Shown: piece after piece, positions 8,286-14,327 of the stretch
How the letters are laid out: every line of letters begins with the position of its first letter
Numbering within the stretch: position 1 is the stretch's first letter
IMG/VR virus record: IMGVR_UViG_3300029156_000002
Coordinates: 1 to 21,022 of that record
Length of the DNA stretch: 21,022 bases
Reading direction: 5' to 3' (one strand)
Source: a virus
Notes under the pieces: generated by a model
Told to the model about the DNA's origin: nothing
The model's input: the letters and a program-made list of their open reading frames with translations, nothing else
The model's database searches: none
Made by a program: the position numbers and the translations under genes

Positions 8286-8623
8286 CAGCGCCGCACCAAT
8301 AAATGCTCAAACGTAACGCACCGTTGTGAGCACGTCTGGTCTTCTATCGAGCTCCAAAATTCTTTGCTCAGGCCCATTTCTCTGACCCTCAGCGGAACTA
8401 CTTCGGCGCCTAGCTCGCAATGAACCTGGCATCTGCGAATTTGAGAAACGCTGTCCCGCGGGATAAAGCCGTGGCTTGCACCTACAAACGTTCGATTTTT
8501 GACCTGGTAGAACGCAAATGTTCCCGTTACGAGCAGCAAGGCAGCCATGAACGCTGCTTCGAGCGAGAAAATTTTAGAGCGAAAATGAGCTTGCTGCTGT
8601 TCCATCTTGGTCACGAAGCGCAC
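8231..8623 (-). CDS. Small Cys-rich membrane-anchored or secreted protein
   Basis: Hydrophobic segment AAFMAALLLVTGTFAFY, then six Cys (CQVHC, CSQRC, C, C). Downstream of the XRE gene on the same strand. Start uncertain (8623 or 8605). Confidence 0.55.
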   Translation of the reverse strand: MRFVTKMEQQQAHFRSKIFSLEAAFMAALLLVTGTFAFYQVKNRTFVGASHGFIPRDSVSQIRRCQVHCELGAEVVPLRVREMGLSKEFWSSIEDQTCSQRCVTFEHLLVRRCHGPGPTQETKRNACANL

Positions 8624-8672
8624 TATGTACTACTTCCGTACAGCACAACAAGCTTATTCGCTGGCCAGCGCC

Positions 8673-8885
8673 CTAAGGTACCAGTTCTCCCGGCCTGCAA
8701 CCTAAAGCGTTTGCAACTTTCGTAAGCCAGTCGGTCGTGGGCGTGTGCCTGCACGCGACAACGTCGTACATGTGGCTGCGACTGACCTGCGCAAAATCCG
8801 CCAACATTCCTAGCGCAATTCCTTTGCGTCTCGCTTGCAATCGAATCGAACAAGCGACAGCTGCCCTGCACTGCTCCGGCGACAT
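8673..8885 (-). CDS. XRE/Cro-family HTH transcriptional regulator
   Basis: LADFAQVSRSHMYDVVACRHTPTTDWLTKVANALGCRPGELV fits the HTH_3 pattern. Confidence 0.85.
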   Translation of the reverse strand: MSPEQCRAAVACSIRLQARRKGIALGMLADFAQVSRSHMYDVVACRHTPTTDWLTKVANALGCRPGELVP

Positions 8886-8923
8886 GTAAGGGGCGAGGGT
8901 AAGTAACGCTCCTCTTGATTAAC

Positions 8924-8937
8924 TCCGGTATATCGGA
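8924..8937. promoter_or_regulatory. Palindromic operator candidate TCCGGTATATCGGA
   Basis: 14-bp dyad TCCG-n-TATA-n-CGGA in the 67-bp gap between the divergent genes starting at 8885 (-) and 8953 (+). It begins 3 nt after a -35-like TTGATT (8915-8920). Confidence 0.6.
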
Positions 8938-8952
8938 CCTAATAAGGGTGCG

Positions 8953-9309
8953 ATGACGCTCCTAAAACTCCCTGGCCGATCAACCAATGGCCCAGAACAA
9001 AACGGCTTGGGGGGCAAAATTAAGCTGTTGGCGCTGTTCGCAACGTTTTTAGCTCCGATGCTTGGATGCAAGTCTAAGTTCCATCGCAAGATCATGCCGC
9101 ATTGCAGTCGCCGGCTTACGCCCGATCATCGGGTTTGGGTCGATGCTTGCATCGAGCACGACAAAACCAAAGCTACGAAGCCACAAACATCGTGTTCGGA
9201 AGCAGCAAAGAAGCTGTTTTGCCCACAACGCGAAATGTGCTTGGAGAACACCGAAGCGTTGGTCAGAGAATGGCATCCATGCTCAGAAGTTGAAATTCAA
9301 CGCGTCTAA
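8953..9309 (+). CDS. Cys-rich lipoprotein
   Basis: Basic KIK, hydrophobic LLALFATFLAP, lipobox-like MLG|C, then six more Cys. Confidence 0.65.
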   Translation: MTLLKLPGRSTNGPEQNGLGGKIKLLALFATFLAPMLGCKSKFHRKIMPHCSRRLTPDHRVWVDACIEHDKTKATKPQTSCSEAAKKLFCPQREMCLENTEALVREWHPCSEVEIQRV

Positions 9310-9364
9310 GAAGCTTGAGCAAAATCGAATGGCTTAGAACGCTGCAGCTGGTACATGTTCCCCC

Positions 9365-9628
9365 ATGCAACCCCGTGTTCGGCAAGAGCTCGAATCAGCC
9401 AGACTAGCCTTCAAAGCAAACGTTCGCAGCTTTGCTAGCGAACAGCGCATGAGCTTGTCAGCTGTTGCGTCTGAAACTGAAATCAGTCGGTCGCACTTGT
9501 ACTCGCTGCTCGATGGCAAGAAAATTCCAAGGCTTGATACGATCGTGCGCATTGCTTGCACGCTTGGCGTCTATCCATGGGAACTTCTCAGGCCATGCGC
9601 GCCCCGCGATTTCCGCTTCGTGTGCTGA
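9365..9628 (+). CDS. XRE/Cro-family HTH transcriptional regulator
   Basis: MSLSAVASETEISRSHLYSLLDGKKIPRLDTIVRIACTLGVYPWELL fits the HTH_3 pattern. Confidence 0.88.
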   Translation: MQPRVRQELESARLAFKANVRSFASEQRMSLSAVASETEISRSHLYSLLDGKKIPRLDTIVRIACTLGVYPWELLRPCAPRDFRFVC

Positions 9629-9891
9629 TCAGCGTTGAGCACGATCGGTTTGTAGCGCTAGGCCTTGAGCACCGCATCTGCGCAACGCATCAGGACATCT
9701 TAGGTCTGCGCCTAAACCTTGAGCGTGTCGTGCGTTCTTGCGTGGCAGAGTCTAAATGGTTGGGAATCTCGGCGCTGAGCGATGTGCCCCGAGCTCCGGA
9801 TCTAGCCTTCGAAGAATGGGATCGCGCAAAAGGCGCAATCGAAATTTTTCCTGTAGGCCCCGTGGTCATGCTGATGCGACAATATGACTAG
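9595..9891 (+). CDS. Stand-alone HicB-like (partial RNase H fold) protein
   Basis: LRVLISVEHDRFVALGLEHRICAT...LRLNLERVVR...LGIS...VPRAP...EEW resembles the HicB N-terminal beta-beta-beta-alpha pattern. ATG 9595 overlaps the XRE gene end. Confidence 0.55.
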   Translation: MRAPRFPLRVLISVEHDRFVALGLEHRICATHQDILGLRLNLERVVRSCVAESKWLGISALSDVPRAPDLAFEEWDRAKGAIEIFPVGPVVMLMRQYD

Positions 9892-9955
9892 GTAGAGCTG
9901 TGTAGCTGGTATGCTGTTGTGTTTTAATGAAGGTCGTAGTAGAAAGCGCCAGGGC

Positions 9956-9984
9956 TTGACAATGCTTCGTGGAAGGTGTACTTT
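9956..9984 (+). promoter_or_regulatory. Near-consensus sigma70 promoter for the GNAT-SNF2 operon
   Basis: TTGACA 9956-9961, 17 nt, TACTTT 9979-9984. The ATG at 9995 has no Shine-Dalgarno. Confidence 0.7.
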
Positions 9985-9994
9985 TTCTTGGCGC

Positions 9995-10369
9995 ATGTCA
10001 CTAGAGTTACAAAGCTACCCGGATGACCTTGAGAGTTTGTGCTTTCCCGCTGAGCCGCTTCCGGACTACTTGCGCGAGCGCTGTGTGGTCTATTGTGGGA
10101 GCGATAGCTACATCGCATTTACACGAGCTTTTGAGCCTGACGGAATTTTCATCCATCGGATCGGAGTCTCGCCTGGCTCACGCGGTTATGGTATCGCGTC
10201 AAATTTGCTAAAGACGATCTTTGTGTCTATGGAAAAGGACCTTCCTATGATCCCTGTAGAGGCGCGCGTCGCGCACGACAACATTCCTGCGATGCGGCTT
10301 TTTATTCAATCTAACTTTCTGCCAGTTAGCGCAGGCGATTTGAATCTTCTATTACGTTGGGAGCCCTAA
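9995..10369 (+). CDS. GNAT (RimI-like) N-acetyltransferase
   Basis: Motif A IHRIGVSPGSRGYGIASNLL and motif B ARVAHDNIPAMRLFIQSNF. Start moved to ATG 9995 because the promoter lies inside the longer track ORF. Confidence 0.85.
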   Translation: MSLELQSYPDDLESLCFPAEPLPDYLRERCVVYCGSDSYIAFTRAFEPDGIFIHRIGVSPGSRGYGIASNLLKTIFVSMEKDLPMIPVEARVAHDNIPAMRLFIQSNFLPVSAGDLNLLLRWEP

Positions 10370-10374
10370 GCAAA

Positions 10375-10731
10375 ATGATCATCGAAGACTACGAATTTTA
10401 CTTTACTCTAGACGCAGTTGATTTCGAACGCAAAGAACTGTGGCGCTCGATTACTCTAACAGAGCTTAGAAGCTTAGAAGCCACGATCGAATTCAGCGGC
10501 CATGCTGAAGTTGGCTTTGAAATATCGCCAGAGGCTTTCGCAGCGGCACTCAAAGGGCATGAGTTCGGAGATACGCAAGACGTTTTTGTGGATGAGGAAG
10601 AGCTTGATGAGCTTGTCCCAACTTCTCTAGCTCGCAAGCTCTGGCGCGCTAAGAAGGTTAATGCAAGTGAGCATGTGTCGCTAAATAAAGTCTTTGACAT
10701 TATGGAAGAAATGCTAGATGACGTTCTCTAA
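10375..10731 (+). CDS. Acidic hypothetical protein
   Basis: ATG 10375 lies just after the GNAT stop. The protein is D/E-rich, and its end overlaps the next gene. Confidence 0.7.
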   Translation: MIIEDYEFYFTLDAVDFERKELWRSITLTELRSLEATIEFSGHAEVGFEISPEAFAAALKGHEFGDTQDVFVDEEELDELVPTSLARKLWRAKKVNASEHVSLNKVFDIMEEMLDDVL

Positions 10732-11041
10732 AGAAGACGAAAAAGATTGTTACGAAGCTGCGCTCCAAATATTTGCATCTGCGATTAGCGCTTTCAACAG
10801 CGTCCAGTTGATGCTGTACGCGCGAGTTTACTCAAAAGAAGTAGATTCTTTGGATGCTCTGAAACCAGATTTCGAAGCTATGCAAAAAGCTATGCAAAAA
10901 GCCATGCTGGCATTTTCTCAGTACGAAGGTGCGGTTCATGCTAGTGATCCTCTAACCGCACTAGATGCGGCCCACGATGCTTACGGACATATGTCTTGTT
11001 TTCTAGATAGCTTGACGGAATCTAATCCAGATGACTATTAA
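10718..11041 (+). CDS. Helical acidic hypothetical protein
   Basis: Overlaps both neighbours in the operon. Contains an AMQKAMQKAM repeat. Confidence 0.7.
   Translation: MTFSKEDEKDCYEAALQIFASAISAFNSVQLMLYARVYSKEVDSLDALKPDFEAMQKAMQKAMLAFSQYEGAVHASDPLTALDAAHDAYGHMSCFLDSLTESNPDDY
10875..10907 (+). repeat. 12-bp in-frame tandem repeat
   Basis: AAGCTATGCAAA twice, followed by the partial copy AAGCCATGC. Confidence 0.85.
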
Positions 11042-12362
11042 ACCTTTTCCATATCAACAAGAAGGGATCAATTTCTTACGTTCTCGTAAGCGTTGCTTGC
11101 TTGCTGACGAACAGGGGCTGGGAAAGACCGCTCAGGTTCTTTGGGCGTTGTCGGACCGAGGCTTGATTGTTTGTCCGAAGGGGCTTAAGAACACGTGGGC
11201 TGACGAATGCAAAAAGTTCCGTCCCGATCTTAAGCCCATCATTCTTTCGACGCGAGCGGCTGGCTTGAAGTATCCACAAGCAGGCGAGCTTGTGATCACG
11301 AACCTTGAAATTCTCCCAGACTGGCTAGAACCTCCGCCCACTCGCTCTGGTTTCTCAGCGTCAGACAAGTCTCAGAAGGCAAAACTAGCACGCAAGAAGC
11401 TAGCAGCTGAGCGCAAGGCATATAAATCCCGCATCGCTGCTGAGGCTGAAGGTTATATGCGCGTTACGCTTGTTTGCGACGAAGCACAAAAAGCTAAGAA
11501 CGTCAAGAGCATTCGAGCTCGTAAATTTGCATGGCTTTCGAAGATGTGTGCTCGAACATGGATGCTTTCGGCTACACCTATGGAGAGAGGTTTTGCTCTT
11601 GATTTATGGGGAATTCTTCGCGCAGCACACATGGAAAAGGAAGTATTCGAAAGTTGGCCCAATTTCTTGAAGGTCATGAACGGCAAAAAAACTCTCTTTG
11701 GAGGATGGTCGTTTGGCCTTCCTAGCTCTGAAGCGCATCAGTGTGTTAAGCCGCACATGCTACGAAGGCTAAAGAAAGATGTCAAGCCTGATCTGCCAGA
11801 TAAGATCCATTCTTGGATCACTGTTCCTCTGAGCAAAACAGACTCACAAGCTCTTAATGCAGTTCAGTTTGAAGGCAGGAAAGTTGAATTTACAAAGATG
11901 GCAAAAGTTCGCGCAGCGATTGCTAAGAGCCGCATCCCTCCTATGCTTGAATTCGTTGAAAGCTTTGAAGAGACCGGCACTAAGCTGGTTGTGTGGTCAG
12001 CTCATCGCGCACCTGTTGATGAGCTAGGTAAGCGTCAAGGCTGGGCGATCATTACAGGCGACGTCTCATCAGAAGCGCGCCAAGAAATTGTGCGGAATCA
12101 GCACAAATACAAAGGTATTGCGATTACTATCAGCGCAGGCTCAACAGGCTTGACGTTGACAGGATTTAGCCATCAACTTTTTGTGGATCTTGCGTGGAAC
12201 GTGAACGACAACAATCAAGCGGAAGATCGCTTGCACCGCATCGGGCAAGAAGAGACTGTCAACATCTACCGCATGAGGTCTGATAACGAGTTCGAACGGA
12301 ATCTGAACAAAAAACTTGCAATGGCAAGCGAAAACATCGATATTGTCATTGAAGGAAACTAA
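11031..12362 (+). CDS. SNF2-family (SF2, HARP/SMARCAL1-like) helicase/translocase
   Basis: Q motif PFPYQQEG, motif I LADEQGLGKT, Ia LIVCP, II CDEAQ, III LSATP, MLRRLKKDV, V GSTGLTLT, VI QAEDRLHRIGQ. Confidence 0.93.
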   Translation: MTIKPFPYQQEGINFLRSRKRCLLADEQGLGKTAQVLWALSDRGLIVCPKGLKNTWADECKKFRPDLKPIILSTRAAGLKYPQAGELVITNLEILPDWLEPPPTRSGFSASDKSQKAKLARKKLAAERKAYKSRIAAEAEGYMRVTLVCDEAQKAKNVKSIRARKFAWLSKMCARTWMLSATPMERGFALDLWGILRAAHMEKEVFESWPNFLKVMNGKKTLFGGWSFGLPSSEAHQCVKPHMLRRLKKDVKPDLPDKIHSWITVPLSKTDSQALNAVQFEGRKVEFTKMAKVRAAIAKSRIPPMLEFVESFEETGTKLVVWSAHRAPVDELGKRQGWAIITGDVSSEARQEIVRNQHKYKGIAITISAGSTGLTLTGFSHQLFVDLAWNVNDNNQAEDRLHRIGQEETVNIYRMRSDNEFERNLNKKLAMASENIDIVIEGN

Positions 12363-12364
12363 AC

Positions 12365-12967
12365 ATGAAATTTTTCAAGAACCTTCTGAAGAAGCTATGG
12401 AGCCAAAAACTCAAGCGTCGACATCTGCGTTACATCAAGAGCCGCGTGGGCAAGATCGGCAAATCAGTTGAAGACGGACCGACGCAAGACCGCGAATTCG
12501 AAAGTATGTTTGCTCATCTGAAAACGTCCGGATTGCCTTTGGTCTACGCCGACTCGATCGAACAGCTTGGGAACGTAGGTCCGTCAGCGGCTCTTCGATG
12601 GATGATCTTTCTAGGCAAAGGGTTTGGGAAAATGCCAACACACGAAAAAATCCGAATCCTTCGCCACGAATCTGCTCACATCATGCAACAGAAGCGCATG
12701 GGCTTTCCTAAGTTCGTTCGCCGCTACTTTGGCTCTGAGCGTTGGCGCTTCGCCATCGAATGCAGCGCAGAGCTAGAGGTTTGTCTAGCTATGAAGCACA
12801 TGGGCATGACTCGCGTTGATATTTGCGAACATGCACGAGATTGGGTTGAGCAAGCTGTCGAGTCTAAGATCTATCGCCTGAACCGACTCAACAAACAAAT
12901 TGTGAAGGAACAAGTCACGCAGATATTTCGAGAAATGATTTTCAGCAAGGAATATCAGGAGCTTTAG
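12365..12967 (+). CDS. Putative Zn-metallopeptidase (HExxH plus downstream E)
   Basis: ILRHESAHIMQQ followed by RFAIECSA, the ExxA third-ligand motif. Confidence 0.65.
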   Translation: MKFFKNLLKKLWSQKLKRRHLRYIKSRVGKIGKSVEDGPTQDREFESMFAHLKTSGLPLVYADSIEQLGNVGPSAALRWMIFLGKGFGKMPTHEKIRILRHESAHIMQQKRMGFPKFVRRYFGSERWRFAIECSAELEVCLAMKHMGMTRVDICEHARDWVEQAVESKIYRLNRLNKQIVKEQVTQIFREMIFSKEYQEL

Positions 12968-12981
12968 AGCAGCGAAAGCAT

Positions 12982-13008
12982 AAAGAAAGGGCCCCGCAAT
13001 GGGGCCCT
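12982..13008 (-). terminator. Intrinsic terminator of the virion operon, between convergent operons
   Basis: 8-bp stem AGGGCCCC/GGGGCCCT with a 5-nt loop, followed by UUCUUU on the minus strand. Confidence 0.85.
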
Positions 13009-13030
13009 ATCAGTTCGGCATCGCCTTTGT

Positions 13031-13085
13031 TGGCGGGTCGCGAAAGCTCTAGGCTTCCGCTGTTACAGTCGGTCCTGCACAACCC
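13031..13085 (-). ncRNA. Candidate tRNA-like small RNA (55 nt, ends in GCCA)
   Basis: 7-bp stem GGGUUGU/GCGACCC plus G and CCA, with an adjacent 5-bp stem and 7-nt loop (GGAAG-CCUAGAG-CUUUC). No canonical T-loop or anticodon arm. Confidence 0.3.
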
Positions 13086-13097
13086 ACTGTGTGTCTA

Positions 13098-13589
13098 TTA
13101 GACGAGAGGATCAACTTCGATTTCAAGAAGCAGAGTTGGTAGCTGAACACCAGTTCCTGTCTTGGCAACATCAAGTGTAAGAACGTCCCCAGCTGCAAGG
13201 GTCATTGTTGTGCCTCCGTCAAGATCTGTTGCCGTCCATTTGTCCATGTCATCAGCGCTTGTGTCTTTTGTCAGCGTAGCTGTAGCGCTAGCGGCATCTG
13301 GCACATAATGATTCACGGTAAATGTGGCATAATTTGCTCCGTCAGCTGTTACGTCAGCGCTGGGAGTCACACGGGCAGCAACAAGCGTACATGCACGATC
13401 GGCACGAAACAGCAGGTATTCGGCTGTGTCTGCAGCGGCAGAATCAGCTACGGCGTGCCCTCGGGCAAGACCGTGCAGGCCAGCTGAGTCCACAAGCTCG
13501 TTAGATTTCTTGAGCATTTCGCCATCATGATGTCCTTCACCATAGTCAAGGCCTTGATGCTTTTTTAGGTCGAGTTTTTCGATAGTCAT
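13098..13589 (-). CDS. Virion structural protein with a beta-rich C-terminal domain (decoration/fibre tip)
   Basis: A/T/D-rich. C-terminal LAAGDVLTLDVAKTGTG resembles phage fibre tip domains. Last gene of the virion operon. Confidence 0.6.
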   Translation of the reverse strand: MTIEKLDLKKHQGLDYGEGHHDGEMLKKSNELVDSAGLHGLARGHAVADSAAADTAEYLLFRADRACTLVAARVTPSADVTADGANYATFTVNHYVPDAASATATLTKDTSADDMDKWTATDLDGGTTMTLAAGDVLTLDVAKTGTGVQLPTLLLEIEVDPLV

Positions 13590-13626
13590 TTTTGTCTCTC
13601 TTTATCTAAAGTGTTAATGGCGTTTG

Positions 13627-14322
13627 TTACACCCAAGGAACCCAGCCTTGGCCTTCCTTTGAGCCGCCAGATGCATAATCGCCAGTACGCATAATTGAAT
13701 GCTTGATGTCGTCTTTTTCTGCTTGACTGAGCGTGGTACCAGTTTGGGTGTCAGGATCGTAATCGTGCACGTAGCTGGGAAATTGTTTTTCGATGTACCC
13801 CGCCAAGCATTGCACTTGAGTTTCGGGCTCAAAGGTGTACGTGTTTAGCTCGATGTGGCTAAACTCATAAATGCGTTTGGTACCCGTGCCTTTGCGAAAT
13901 TCAATGTGAATACATACATCAGACACAACAATCGGGTCTGCTGAAATTTTCACAGTTCCGATAGCTGTTTGCAAGTGATTTGTCTCTTGCCCAGTTGTCC
14001 ATGCGCTAGAAAACTCCTGTGAGCCTGGCACGGCCGTCCCGCCGAGAAAGCAACACATGCGCAAGTGTCCCGCCAAAATGTCACGAACGGGTCCCTGAGC
14101 GTCTGTGCCGTCTGGGCCAAGATCCGCAACGTCAGTGCTGGTCGGCAAACAAATGGTTCCCTTTTCTTCGCCGTTTGTGGTAAAAGAATGCGAACGGGTA
14201 ATTCCATTCACGTCCTTGTATCCGATGTCTAACGATAGATCCTCATCCCCGCCGCTCCATGTGGCTGAGATTGCAAAGTCTGGTCGTGGGACGGGGTAGG
14301 AATAAACGGTTGGATTTGCCAT
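13627..14322 (-). CDS. Hypothetical protein, probably virion-associated
   Basis: 231-aa ORF tightly packed in the structural operon, starting MANPT. Confidence 0.6.
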   Translation of the reverse strand: MANPTVYSYPVPRPDFAISATWSGGDEDLSLDIGYKDVNGITRSHSFTTNGEEKGTICLPTSTDVADLGPDGTDAQGPVRDILAGHLRMCCFLGGTAVPGSQEFSSAWTTGQETNHLQTAIGTVKISADPIVVSDVCIHIEFRKGTGTKRIYEFSHIELNTYTFEPETQVQCLAGYIEKQFPSYVHDYDPDTQTGTTLSQAEKDDIKHSIMRTGDYASGGSKEGQGWVPWV

Positions 14323-14327
14323 GATAT

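Noticed and set aside
7004-8322. Possible IS terminal inverted repeats GGTGCTTGACCTTTCA (7004-7019) and the reverse complement of 8307-8322 (GGTGCGTTACGTTTGA)
   Set aside because: Only 12/16 identity, no flanking target duplication, and the right copy lies inside another ORF. Could be chance or a decayed end, so it is not called as a feature.
6738-10369. RHH plus GNAT as an AtaRT/TacAT-type toxin-antitoxin pair
   Set aside because: The genes are about 3 kb apart on opposite strands, and the GNAT is short and RimI-like rather than a tRNA-acetylating toxin type.
13031-13085. Canonical tRNA-Tyr(GUA)
   Set aside because: Too short (55 nt), with no proper D arm, anticodon stem or UUCRA loop. Kept only as a tRNA-like candidate.
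13011-13090. c-di-GMP-I riboswitch-like text on the plus strand (GGCATC...GGGTCGCGAAAGCT), or a self-cleaving ribozyme
   Set aside because: Core motifs (GGCAAA, GNRA loop, GACGCAAA, CUGAUGA) are not matched, and no plus-strand gene lies downstream.
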